Sequence record: FJ373894
Origin: Shigella phage Ag3
DNA length: 64,000 nucleotides
Reading direction: 5' to 3' (one strand)
The position numbers were made by a program, and so were the translations under genes. How positions within the stretch are numbered: the stretch's first letter is position 1; each line of letters starts with the position of its first letter. Under the pieces are notes generated by a model. It did not search any database. It was not told the origin of the DNA and saw only the letters and a program-made list of their open reading frames with translations. Positions 35,383 through 44,458 of the stretch are shown piece by piece.

Positions 35383-35805
35383 TTACAAAAGGCGCTTGGT
35401 CTTCGGCTTGCCCATCAGTGTGATGTCCACAGGGAGGCCAGCTTTCTTGCAACGGTTGATCATGTCCAGGGTGCCAGTGGACGAACCATCCCACATCGCA
35501 ATCGGATACACTTCCAGCTTGGTCTGCCTGACGAGATCCAATGCCTTGTCTAACATGTCCTGATTGCGTTTGTTGCCCATCCCTTTCCCATACTTTTCAT
35601 AATAGCTCGGAGGGATTGGCATAGGAGTGATATGAACATAATTGATTTCAGCCCAATCACGGCAAATCGTGTCGACACCCGTGGCCTCACCCTCGATCAA
35701 CGTATAGACTTCATGAGGATCGAGGAGTTCGTCCAGCTTGGCGAATACCTTATCCCGCTCGGTGATTGAGCGGGAACCTGTAACGAGTACGATATATTTC
35801 TTCAT
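35383..35805 (-). CDS. SLOG/DUF2493-like Rossmann-fold protein
   Basis: MKKYIVLVTGSRS N-terminal motif; start moved to 35805. Confidence 0.5.
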   Translation of the reverse strand: MKKYIVLVTGSRSITERDKVFAKLDELLDPHEVYTLIEGEATGVDTICRDWAEINYVHITPMPIPPSYYEKYGKGMGNKRNQDMLDKALDLVRQTKLEVYPIAMWDGSSTGTLDMINRCKKAGLPVDITLMGKPKTKRLL

Positions 35806-35810
35806 GGAAC

Positions 35811-36131
35811 TCACAGCGCCCCAAGATTGCCGATGACATACAGGGAGCACAGAGGAGTGCCTGACGAACGGGGTTCGATTGTCATCCCGCTCAGGCGGAT
35901 CAGTTCCAGTAAGCCGTCAGTGGTTTGATACGCGCGTGTCGAACCGTTCGGGCGATAAAGCTCCAGCTCGGTTCTTCCTTCCTTTAATGCATTACGGATA
36001 CGAGCGAACACACTGTGGTCGCCGAACTTCTGTTTCAGAAGGTCCAGCTTGGTGACCAGTCGACGACGCGATTTGCGCGCACGAGGGTTCTCTTTTACGA
36101 CCGCTTCTAAAATTGGGATGCTGTTAGCCAT
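35811..36131 (-). CDS. hypothetical protein
   Basis: 106-codon ORF. Confidence 0.45.
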   Translation of the reverse strand: MANSIPILEAVVKENPRARKSRRRLVTKLDLLKQKFGDHSVFARIRNALKEGRTELELYRPNGSTRAYQTTDGLLELIRLSGMTIEPRSSGTPLCSLYVIGNLGAL

Positions 36132-36190
36132 GATAAAGTCCTCTATTTGTAGGGGATAGGGTATGCGGTTAACATACCCCGTTCAAAGGT

Positions 36191-36472
36191 TTAGAACAAA
36201 TGCTCGCCTTCCACATGGTATGCTAACACGCCGTCAGAACATTCAAAATACATGTTATCATATTCCCACAGAGCGGTGATTTCTTCACCCTGGCAAACTA
36301 CCGAAAACTTCGGCTGGCTGGCCTTAACTGGAAATTTTTCAGGGGAAGAGATTGGGGTGAATTTGGCATTTCTGACGGCCATACCAACAAATTGCTGCAA
36401 TGTTACTTTGTAACGAGAGTGGGTGATAGTACCAGCATTCAGAGCTTCGATCAATTGCGCTTTAGTTGTCAT
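36191..36472 (-). CDS. hypothetical protein
   Basis: Start after GGAACTATATC; early promoter 36522-36550 upstream. Confidence 0.5.
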   Translation of the reverse strand: MTTKAQLIEALNAGTITHSRYKVTLQQFVGMAVRNAKFTPISSPEKFPVKASQPKFSVVCQGEEITALWEYDNMYFECSDGVLAYHVEGEHLF

Positions 36473-36498
36473 GATATAGTTCCTTCATTTCAGAGTCA

Positions 36499-36527
36499 GT
36501 GTCGTACTGCTTATGGAATGAAGTATA
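36499..36527. repeat. 29-bp direct repeat (copy 2) of early-promoter cassette
   Basis: Identical to 853-881. Confidence 0.7.
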
Positions 36528-36557
36528 CGGGGTTTATTGAAGAAGTAAACCCCGTAT
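36522..36557 (-). promoter_or_regulatory. early promoter fused to stem-loop (PeSL-like): -35 GTTTAC, 17 bp, -10 TATACT
   Basis: Perfect hairpin ATACGGGGTTTA/TAAACCCCGTAT contains -35; upstream of gene starting 36472. Confidence 0.6.
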
Positions 36558-36574
36558 TCAACTTTTTATTGAAT

Positions 36575-36811
36575 TTATTTAAAACGGTCAGGAAGGGTGT
36601 CGTGCAGTTCAGCTGACAGCACCAAGAACTTACCATCCGTCGTTGGGAAGCAATAGTCTTTATTGATGTGACGCAAGTGTTCAGCTACAGCTGCCACGCA
36701 GTCATCTGTCACGTCGGTCTTCTCACCAACCCACATGCTGGTTTTGGTGTTCAGCCTACCCTGGAATATAGTACCAGTCAGAGGGCTTGCGCCGATCTTT
36801 TTGATAATCAT
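36575..36811 (-). CDS. hypothetical protein
   Basis: 78-codon ORF. Confidence 0.4.
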   Translation of the reverse strand: MIIKKIGASPLTGTIFQGRLNTKTSMWVGEKTDVTDDCVAAVAEHLRHINKDYCFPTTDGKFLVLSAELHDTLPDRFK

Positions 36812-36819
36812 GTTTGACC

Positions 36820-37260
36820 TCAGTTAATGCGGAACAGATGTGGATAACCACCAGGATGACCCTGACCCGTAACGAACACGTCGAACTTCGAACCCTTGAT
36901 CAGGCCAGGCAGATTGCCAGAGTCCAGCAGTTCTCGGATCTGATCCATCGCCAGCATCCAGTTCTTAGCAGGTTCAGCTTCAGCCTCTCCACGATTGAGG
37001 ACGAGTTCACCTTCAGAATAATACTTCCCGCTGTCCTTCATGTAGTACAGCTTGATATGGATATACTGAGGGGATGGGACCAAACGCCAGCCGTCATCAA
37101 TCAGATCCTGGCGATCATTATCCAGGGACTGGTAATCGATCTCACCAGACGCCAGACCATAGCTGCGCATGTAGCGGAACTTCTCAACACGGTCTTTCAC
37201 GTCAGAGATGAAGAACTCCTTCGTGGCAGGACTGATGAAAATGTATTTCTCTTTTGACAT
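36820..37260 (-). CDS. hypothetical protein
   Basis: Start after AGGATCTATATC variant. Confidence 0.5.
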   Translation of the reverse strand: MSKEKYIFISPATKEFFISDVKDRVEKFRYMRSYGLASGEIDYQSLDNDRQDLIDDGWRLVPSPQYIHIKLYYMKDSGKYYSEGELVLNRGEAEAEPAKNWMLAMDQIRELLDSGNLPGLIKGSKFDVFVTGQGHPGGYPHLFRIN

Positions 37261-37272
37261 GATATAGATCCT

Positions 37273-37500
37273 TCAGTTCAAAATGGGATGTTCGTCGATA
37301 TCGGACTGCGTTGCAATCTCCCAGCGGACGATGTTCTCGGTTGTGATGAAATCACGGTTCAGGTGAGAGGCTGGCACATACACCATCGTGTCGACCATGA
37401 AGTAACGCTGCTCGTTGTTCCAGGAGTCAACGTAAGCCTCAATGAGGCATACTTCGATCACTTCGCCTTTCGGCTTCTTCACAGTCTTTTTCAGGTACAT
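37273..37500 (-). CDS. hypothetical protein
   Basis: Start moved to 37500 (GAGG RBS); track N-terminus lies in a terminator hairpin. Confidence 0.4.
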   Translation of the reverse strand: MYLKKTVKKPKGEVIEVCLIEAYVDSWNNEQRYFMVDTMVYVPASHLNRDFITTENIVRWEIATQSDIDEHPILN

Positions 37501-37560
37501 GACGCAGCCCTCGGATAGTAGACGGGGCAATAATACCTCTCGCCCCGTTATTGAAAACTG

Positions 37561-37761
37561 TTATCCTTCTTGTTCTTCCCAACCCCATTCATCTTCCCAA
37601 GACTGGCGAGGGGTCTTGCCCGCTTCGTAATCATCACGCCATGCGTCGGCGTCGGCGGCTGAACCACCCTGGCTTTTCGCGACTTTGCACAATACGTCGT
37701 GCCACTCACGGAAGGTGGAGTTGGCGACTGTGGTGTTTACAGAATCTTCTTTCAGGCTCAT
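37561..37761 (-). CDS. hypothetical acidic Trp-rich protein
   Basis: Start moved to 37761 (GAGGAA RBS). Confidence 0.4.
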   Translation of the reverse strand: MSLKEDSVNTTVANSTFREWHDVLCKVAKSQGGSAADADAWRDDYEAGKTPRQSWEDEWGWEEQEG

Positions 37762-37820
37762 TGTGATTTCCTCGATTAATAGAGAGGGTAATAATACCCT
37801 CATGCAATCTTTGAAACTCT

Positions 37821-38153
37821 TTATCCAGCCAAAGTCATATTCTGGGAACCAACCCCATCTTCACATTCTGGATGACATGAAGTGCCCAGTTTTTCATGGA
37901 TTACATCCAGATGGGTAAAGATAGCGTCGATGATATCGTCTTGGTCAGACTGGACGTCAATCACCAAGCCGACCAGACCAGGCGCGGCCATTTCTTTATC
38001 TTCACCTTTCTGAGTGGTTGGGTAATCACCGTCGAGTTGGATACGGATGTTTCTGATATTGGTGAGGAGGTTGCACAAACGCTCTTTATGAGAACGAGCA
38101 TTGACCAGAATTTGGGACACGGATTGTGTTGGTGATACGAGGTTACTTGACAT
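37821..38153 (-). CDS. hypothetical protein
   Basis: Start moved to 38153 (AGGAG RBS). Confidence 0.4.
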   Translation of the reverse strand: MSSNLVSPTQSVSQILVNARSHKERLCNLLTNIRNIRIQLDGDYPTTQKGEDKEMAAPGLVGLVIDVQSDQDDIIDAIFTHLDVIHEKLGTSCHPECEDGVGSQNMTLAG

Positions 38154-38245
38154 GATTTGTACTCCTGTTGTATGGTTGACTGTACAAGCATACAACAGGC
38201 AGGTGTATTGAACAACGCGGGTATTAAATCGACACGATAAAGGAA

Positions 38246-38473
38246 TTAACTCGGAATGTGTCTAGCGATCTTCTTGTTGATGTCGTCTAGCAGAATACTC
38301 ATCGTATCTTTGTAGACCTCTACAGCCAATATCGATTTGGAATTCATGAATGAGCTGAAGATACCAGATTTCAAACGCCTCAACTCCTTTTCCGCTTCTT
38401 CAATCTGTCCCATGATGTATTTCTTCGCGCCCTGTAGCTCTATAGCACGGATGTCTATTTCTTTATCGTTCAT
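38246..38473 (-). CDS. hypothetical protein
   Basis: Start moved to 38473; first gene after the gp23 terminator. Confidence 0.4.
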   Translation of the reverse strand: MNDKEIDIRAIELQGAKKYIMGQIEEAEKELRRLKSGIFSSFMNSKSILAVEVYKDTMSILLDDINKKIARHIPS

Positions 38474-38517
38474 GATGGCCTCCAATTAGTTTGGCACATC
38501 ATATAGCGAATCCCCAT

Positions 38518-38546
38518 AATGAAAAACCCCGCCGAAGCGGGGTTTT
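38518..38546 (-). terminator. rho-independent terminator after gp23
   Basis: AAAACCCCGC-cgaa-GCGGGGTTTT followed by TTTTTC; strongest hairpin in window. Confidence 0.8.
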
Positions 38547-38565
38547 GTAGGACCAGCCTGTTGGA

Positions 38566-39888
38566 TTAGAACAGACCTTTGATCAGACCTTTACGGAAGT
38601 AAGGGTTGCTGTCCTGAGCGATACCATCGGCAGTCACGTAAACCTGTGGGTCCTGGTTCGCTGGGATCTGTACGAATGGGTTCGCGCAGATGCCGTAACG
38701 AGTTTTGAACGCCATACGTGGGCTGAAGGTGGTTTCACCCTGGGTGCGGTACATTTCCAGCGGTACATACGGCGCGAAGAAGATACCAGCATCCAGCGCG
38801 GTCGCGCCTTTGTATGCCAGGGTGATGTACTCTGCTACTGCATACGGGTCGATGTAAACGCGCATGCCGTTAGACAGAACACCAGCGAAGGTCTGACCAG
38901 TTGGGTCAATCGCCAGCTTGGTGTTTTCCTGTAGCGCCGGGGCGTAATCCAGCATGCCGGACATCGCCAGAGCAGATGCTACGTTCGGAGAACACAGAAC
39001 ACGGTTGCCTTTACCACGACGGGTGTCAACACCGATGCCGTTCGCTTCAACTTCCAGCATGAAAGTCATGTACTTCCATTTTTCCAGCGCCCAACGACCG
39101 GAGATGTCGGTGGAGATGTCTACAACGCCGTTTGCGCCGAATTTTTTGAAGCGTACTGCACTGAAGTTCATGGTACGGATGAACTCACGGTTCATTTCCG
39201 CCTGAATTTCAGTTACCATCACGTCGGACAGGATGCTGTCAACGTCTTCGCCGTGGATCGCCATCATGTCCTGGCGCAGTTCATGGCTGTAGTCAGCGTA
39301 CAGGCCACGAGACTTCGCAGTCACGGTTGCTTTCTGAACGGTGATACCAACACGTGCCCATGGGTTGGTGGTGGTGCCCAGCAGTTCAGCGTCGGTGGTT
39401 GGCATGCCTTTACCGATGGTGGTCACGCCAGCGCCGGAACCTTCGATCTCGGCCTGAGTAAAGCCAGATGGATCGCCAGCCTGTACAGTACCGTCACCAG
39501 AGTAGCCGGAATCAGCTTCCTGCATGAACAGTTCTTTACGGGACTGTTGGGTGTTGGATGAGTCGCCGACGCCCTGGCGAGCACGCAGAGCAAAGATCTG
39601 ACCGTCAGGACCAGACAGCGGCTGCACGCCGAAGAAGTCCATCGCGATGTTGATCGGAGCCAGACGTTTTGCCATGTCGATCAGGACTGGCTGCCATTTG
39701 CCCACAGAGTTGTTCACAGAACCAGGAGCGTCAGATTCGCCCAGGTTTTTGGCGTTCCACTCAGCCTGGTTTTGCAGCAGGCGGACAGCAACGTTTTCGG
39801 CAGAAAGCGGCTGGATACTTTCAGATTCTTTCTGAAGAACTGGCAGCCACTGCTCGCGCATTTGTTCGGTAACAAGTTTCTTAGCCAT
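38566..39888 (-). CDS. 23: major capsid protein gp23
   Basis: FGVQPLSGPDGQIFALRA, AGVLSNGMRVYIDPYA, TLAYKGATALDAGIFFAPYVPL, MAFKTRYGI align to T4 gp23; start at second ATG (39888) by RBS spacing. Confidence 0.95.
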   Translation of the reverse strand: MAKKLVTEQMREQWLPVLQKESESIQPLSAENVAVRLLQNQAEWNAKNLGESDAPGSVNNSVGKWQPVLIDMAKRLAPINIAMDFFGVQPLSGPDGQIFALRARQGVGDSSNTQQSRKELFMQEADSGYSGDGTVQAGDPSGFTQAEIEGSGAGVTTIGKGMPTTDAELLGTTTNPWARVGITVQKATVTAKSRGLYADYSHELRQDMMAIHGEDVDSILSDVMVTEIQAEMNREFIRTMNFSAVRFKKFGANGVVDISTDISGRWALEKWKYMTFMLEVEANGIGVDTRRGKGNRVLCSPNVASALAMSGMLDYAPALQENTKLAIDPTGQTFAGVLSNGMRVYIDPYAVAEYITLAYKGATALDAGIFFAPYVPLEMYRTQGETTFSPRMAFKTRYGICANPFVQIPANQDPQVYVTADGIAQDSNPYFRKGLIKGLF

Positions 39889-39979
39889 GATGGTCATTCC
39901 TTACATTGATATTCAGTTAAGTTGAAATTACTTAGTAGTTCAAAATCAAGCCCCCTTTCGAGGGCTGTGGCTGCTAAAA

Positions 39980-40846
39980 TTAGCCGTTGATGCCGAAGCG
40001 ACGATTATAGTCGGCCAACTGACGCTTGATAGATTCTTTCAGCTCTTTGTCTGTTTCATCTTCATCGTCTTTGCCATCGTCGTCGTCATCGCCTTCTTTC
40101 TTAGACTTTTTGCCTTCGTCGACTTTGTCTTTGTCGCCTTTGTTGTCGTCGTCACCGTCTTTGCCGCCGACTTTGTCCTGGAAGTCATCGTCATCGCCTT
40201 CTTTCTTCGCGGACTTACCTTCTACCAGGTTGCGGAAGGTGTGTACGCGGGAAGCGAATTCGCTTTCGGTGGTGAACTGCACCGCTTCCAGCAGATTGAC
40301 AACCGTTGCTTTCTTGGTGTCGACCATGCCTTCACAGATACGGGCGATCACAGAGTCGCGCAGAGTCGCATTCGCGGCTTCTTTGATTTGACGGTTTTCG
40401 CTTTCAGCAGCCGCAGCGCGTTGTTCTGCTTCGGTCAGGCGGGCAGTCAGCGCAGCGATCTGGCCGTTTTCGTCAGTCGCAAAGTTGATACCAGCTTCTT
40501 TCAGAACGCCAGTCAGGCCAGTCAGCAGGTTTTCAGCTGCTTCACGCTTGATCTGAGCATCGATTGCAGGAGCGTTGGTGTTAGCCCACTCTTCTACAAC
40601 AGCGTTCAGGAAGCTGTCAACTTTGGTTGCGATCTCCATCAAGTGAGACTCTTTCAGCTGAGCAATCTCAGACTGATGAGCTTCAACCAGACGCAGGCGC
40701 TCGACGTTGGCAGCGTTTTCGGTTTCTTGAATAGCGGTCAGGCGAGCGGCTTCTACTTTAGATTCCAGCAGACCAGACACTTTATCCAGGAAGTCGGTGC
40801 TGAGGCCGTTAACGCCCTCAAACAGTTTTTGCAATTCAGGTTTCAT
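39980..40846 (-). CDS. 22: prohead core scaffold protein gp22
   Basis: Acidic, coiled-coil, poly-D/K tail; position between gp21 and gp23. Confidence 0.8.
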   Translation of the reverse strand: MKPELQKLFEGVNGLSTDFLDKVSGLLESKVEAARLTAIQETENAANVERLRLVEAHQSEIAQLKESHLMEIATKVDSFLNAVVEEWANTNAPAIDAQIKREAAENLLTGLTGVLKEAGINFATDENGQIAALTARLTEAEQRAAAAESENRQIKEAANATLRDSVIARICEGMVDTKKATVVNLLEAVQFTTESEFASRVHTFRNLVEGKSAKKEGDDDDFQDKVGGKDGDDDNKGDKDKVDEGKKSKKEGDDDDDGKDDEDETDKELKESIKRQLADYNRRFGING

Positions 40847-40873
40847 GATTATTTCCTTCTGAACGATTTTCAG

Positions 40874-40882
40874 TATTTAGTG
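40874..40882 (-). promoter_or_regulatory. late promoter motif CACTAAATACTG (gp22)
   Basis: About 30 nt upstream of gp22 ATG. Confidence 0.5.
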
Positions 40883-40891
40883 AGGCTGAAT

Positions 40892-41560
40892 TCAGCCCAG
40901 ATGTCTCAATGCGATATCGAGGCGGCGCAGGAAGTCGTCTTCGAACTGAATATTGGTTTTCACCAATGAATCGACCACTTGCCCTTTGATGTCTTTAGGA
41001 ACCCAAATTCCTGAAGATTCATCAAGCTGCCATTCAACAGATTCGCTCACAGCCTTTACATAACAAACTTGTCCAGAAGGACGGTCGACTGCATCAACAG
41101 CAGTGAGCATAAAGCCAGGTTGAACGTCGTCATAACCGTTCACCGACTTGGTCTCACCAAGGCCACGTGTAGACACGGCCAAGTTGAAGTCTGCTTCAGC
41201 CAGAGCACGAATGATCTGGCCTTTTGGTGTATTTAGCACACGCGCTCGACCGATTGCGTTTGTACCCTCCCAACGGAGGCTCTCGGTCTTCAGCGCAGCT
41301 TCAGCAATATCTGGGAAAGGGTAGTCGGGATGTTTGAGTTCACCGATTGCGCGACGATCCTGAACATACTCTTTGTCATATGCTTCGACAGCTGGTATGC
41401 CCACTTTCTGGAGATCGTAGTTGCGTCCATTACGGTTCACCTGATTACACATCACGAATGGACCTTCGATGAACATAGCCTTACCCCCGGTGGAGGTCGT
41501 GCTTTCACCAATTTGGAGGTCTTTCCCTATCGCCGTGATCTCACGCAACAGTTTCATCAT
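40892..41560 (-). CDS. 21: prohead protease gp21
   Basis: NRNGRNY motif and size as T4 gp21; position. Confidence 0.85.
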   Translation of the reverse strand: MMKLLREITAIGKDLQIGESTTSTGGKAMFIEGPFVMCNQVNRNGRNYDLQKVGIPAVEAYDKEYVQDRRAIGELKHPDYPFPDIAEAALKTESLRWEGTNAIGRARVLNTPKGQIIRALAEADFNLAVSTRGLGETKSVNGYDDVQPGFMLTAVDAVDRPSGQVCYVKAVSESVEWQLDESSGIWVPKDIKGQVVDSLVKTNIQFEDDFLRRLDIALRHLG

Positions 41561-41567
41561 TCGCTCC

Positions 41568-41873
41568 TTAACTCAGTCCCATCATTTTGCGGAACTTCAT
41601 CGCTTTCTTCTTACGACGCTCAATCTTTCGACTGTAGCCCATACCCATGCGTTTCTTGGCTCGGATTGCCTTGCGGTTGCCCAGCTTGCGGGTACGGCGC
41701 TCACTGGCGACCATAACCTCACAACGAGAACCATCCGCAGACAATTTGAAACCAGGAGCGCACTGCAGGCGACGGCGGCGTTTACCTTTTGCATTCACCT
41801 TGTCAATGACTTTCTGCTCGTCCATGCGGGAAGCCAGGAAATCAGCGAATGTTGCAACTTCTTCGATTTCCAT
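41568..41873 (-). CDS. 68: prohead core protein gp68-like
   Basis: Small basic protein between gp67 and gp21. Confidence 0.6.
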   Translation of the reverse strand: MEIEEVATFADFLASRMDEQKVIDKVNAKGKRRRRLQCAPGFKLSADGSRCEVMVASERRTRKLGNRKAIRAKKRMGMGYSRKIERRKKKAMKFRKMMGLS

Positions 41874-41883
41874 GATGCTCTCC

Positions 41884-42102
41884 TTATTCGTCTTGCGCAG
41901 GAGACATGTCTTGACTCAGAGAGTTCATGACATATGCGGTGCCCTGTTGAACGAGTTCCTGGGCGCGAGCGGACAGTTCAGTTTGACATTCTGCAACAGC
42001 AGCATCGGTGTCACCAGCGATGATTGCTTTTACCAGATCGATAGCGGCCATGTTCATATCCTCTAAATGTTTTCTATACTTAGTCGAATTATTCTTCACC
42101 AC
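41884..42102 (-). CDS. 67: prohead core protein gp67-like
   Basis: 72 aa, immediately after portal gene as in T4. Confidence 0.6.
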   Translation of the reverse strand: MVKNNSTKYRKHLEDMNMAAIDLVKAIIAGDTDAAVAECQTELSARAQELVQQGTAYVMNSLSQDMSPAQDE

Positions 42103-43780
42103 CAGGAGGGTTAGTCGCTGGGATGACGTTAGGTCTGAATTTCAGTGGGCTGACTTCACCGCCGCCGAAGCCGCCTGATTCATCTGCCTGCACTTCAGGA
42201 TATTTGCCTTCTTTCTTCTCTTGCGCGATCTTCTCTTGCTGATCTTTGATGTCTTCGTCAGACATACGCAGCAGATTGCGCTGAGCATAATCGATAGAGA
42301 ACAGGGTGCCAATGTACGGTTCGATCTGACCAAGAGCAGACATGCGTTGTGCCAGGATTTCGTTTTCCTGCTGCTCACGAATGAAGCTGTCAGATGTAAA
42401 TTCGAACTTGACAAACGGCTTGATCTTTTCGTTCCAATCAGTCTGGTCAGTGATGTTCTTCAGGATCAGCTGACGACGAAGAAGTTCAAGGAAGAATCCT
42501 GAATAACGACGACGCAGGCCTGCGCAGAATTTGTTGAAGCGCAGTTCTTCCTGGGTGATTTCAGCAAGATTGGAACCACCGATGTTGATGGAACCTTCCT
42601 CTTGGAGGCGGCTCTTAGGGATCATCAGAGCCTCGTAGAGCTTCTCGCGGAAGTATACCACATGATCCATTTGACCCAGTTGATCGCCACCACCTACGTT
42701 GGATATCTCCGTTGCGTTCTGCCCTTCGCGGCGCGGCAACCAGTAGTCTTCAGCGATACCCATCAGATGGGTATTGCCTGCCACTTTACCAGTGGTGCGA
42801 TCATACGCCAGACGGTTCTTGAATTTACCCATCATGGCTTGCATGTATTCTTCGGCCGACTTCTTGCCCAGCGTACCCACGTCGAGATAGAACGCTCGCT
42901 TCTCTGGAGCACGCGTGATGGCGTAGATGACCGTCGCATCCTCAGTTGTAACGAGGTTGTTCAGGGGACGGATAGCGGGGTTCAGCAAGCCTGGGATAAC
43001 CCCATTGGCCAACGGATCTTCACCACTGTCGATGTAGACAACGCTTTCTTCATCAAACACCAGTTCCTGCTGTGACGGCTGGAAGTTCTGAGACGTGCCC
43101 GATTGCCCAGTAAACTGATTGCGGTTGTAGTTCGGGTTGTAGTAGTATTGAAGTTTGACTTCTCCAATTACCTCGATACCGTCGCGAACTTCTTTCTTCA
43201 CGATGTATACAGGGCGGATGCAGCGCGAATCCAGCATCACCAGTTTGGCAATACCACCTTTCTTGTTCTTTGGATCTACGACAACATGGTATGCTTGACG
43301 ACCTTCTACATACCAACGACGGATCTTTTGATATGCGGTGTTGTTGAAGTCCATGAGTTCAAGAACTTCCTTGAAGGCATCATTGATCTTTTCTTTGATG
43401 GAGTCGTCGATGCCTTCAACCTTTTCCAGATTGATTGTGACGGGAGTCTCATCCTCTTCACAGGTGACGACGTCGTTCACGATAATATCGACAGCCTTAC
43501 GGATCTCAGGTTGCTGAGCCATAGACTGATATTCTTCGACGACTTGTTTGACGCTGAGTAGTTCACTCTCAACGCCTACGAAATTGAATGTGTTGGCACC
43601 GCCCTGCAAGATGATAGAACCATCCTGAGCATCGTCCAGCGCAACAACAGCCGCTTTTGAAAGCAACTTCTCTTCTTGGTTCGTTACCAGTTTGTCGGTG
43701 TCTACCGGGGCTTCAATCTTCCCGCCAGTACCGAACAGACCGAAGAACCCGTTACCGAATGCACCATTACCGAATGCCAT
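42089..43780 (-). CDS. 20: portal vertex protein gp20
   Basis: VIYAITRAPEKRAFYLDVG, MGIAEDYWLPRREG align to T4 gp20. Confidence 0.9.
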   Translation of the reverse strand: MAFGNGAFGNGFFGLFGTGGKIEAPVDTDKLVTNQEEKLLSKAAVVALDDAQDGSIILQGGANTFNFVGVESELLSVKQVVEEYQSMAQQPEIRKAVDIIVNDVVTCEEDETPVTINLEKVEGIDDSIKEKINDAFKEVLELMDFNNTAYQKIRRWYVEGRQAYHVVVDPKNKKGGIAKLVMLDSRCIRPVYIVKKEVRDGIEVIGEVKLQYYYNPNYNRNQFTGQSGTSQNFQPSQQELVFDEESVVYIDSGEDPLANGVIPGLLNPAIRPLNNLVTTEDATVIYAITRAPEKRAFYLDVGTLGKKSAEEYMQAMMGKFKNRLAYDRTTGKVAGNTHLMGIAEDYWLPRREGQNATEISNVGGGDQLGQMDHVVYFREKLYEALMIPKSRLQEEGSINIGGSNLAEITQEELRFNKFCAGLRRRYSGFFLELLRRQLILKNITDQTDWNEKIKPFVKFEFTSDSFIREQQENEILAQRMSALGQIEPYIGTLFSIDYAQRNLLRMSDEDIKDQQEKIAQEKKEGKYPEVQADESGGFGGGEVSPLKFRPNVIPATNPPGGEE

Positions 43781-43805
43781 GATTAAGTCCTCAACATTTT
43801 CTTGT

Positions 43806-43814
43806 AATTAGTGA
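43806..43814 (-). promoter_or_regulatory. late promoter variant CACTAATTAC (gp20)
   Basis: Upstream of portal gene, just after a hairpin; the same CTAATTAG variant precedes gp19 at 44411-44418. Confidence 0.4.
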
Positions 43815-43846
43815 GGGGGAATAAGATTCCCCCAGCACTGAGGACA

Positions 43847-44380
43847 TTACAGGGACTTATCAGAAATGGCCTGGAAGTAACGCAGATCGACAGTGAACTG
43901 AGTATATGAGTCCATTGCAGACATATCCAGTTCCAGCTGGCCGAGGTTCTGAGGCCAACCCCCCTGCAGAGTCCAGGTCTTAGTGACGTTGTCGTTCGCA
44001 TCCAGTAACTCCATGATCACGTCACGGAAATAGTCATCTGGATTCGCCGCCGCACGGTTGCTGTTGCTTCCGTTAATGCACTGCTGCCAAACTTCAAAGG
44101 CGTTGTAAGCAGAGTTGTTCACGACGTTGATGAACGTAATAGGAAGCGCTTCGAAGCGACGATCACCAGGGAATGGAAGTTCACGGCCACCCCAAGGCAC
44201 AAGGATCTCACCCAGCTGGCCAGTAGGAGTGTTGGTTGTTACTGCCAACAGAGACACGTCGCGAATGGTATCCGCGCCAGCTACGAATGCTGGGAAGTTG
44301 ACGGTCACACGCCAGCGGTGCTGACGCTGTACGCCGCCCCCACGGGACATGGCCGCGCGAAATTCATTAACTGTAGCCAT
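43847..44380 (-). CDS. 19: tail tube protein gp19
   Basis: GDRRFEALPITF, LQGGWPQNLGQLELD align to T4 gp19. Confidence 0.85.
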   Translation of the reverse strand: MATVNEFRAAMSRGGGVQRQHRWRVTVNFPAFVAGADTIRDVSLLAVTTNTPTGQLGEILVPWGGRELPFPGDRRFEALPITFINVVNNSAYNAFEVWQQCINGSNSNRAAANPDDYFRDVIMELLDANDNVTKTWTLQGGWPQNLGQLELDMSAMDSYTQFTVDLRYFQAISDKSL

Positions 44381-44458
44381 TATAGATTCTCCAAAAAGAG
44401 TTACACAATTCTAATTAGTGCTTTCAATGAAATTGCCCTCCGAAGAGGGCATGTTCCA

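Noticed and set aside
39898-39960. Expected strong CTAAATA late promoter directly upstream of gp23
   Set aside because: Only a divergent ACTAAGTAAT is present; the canonical motif may lie within the gp22 3' region or gp23 may be read through from gp22
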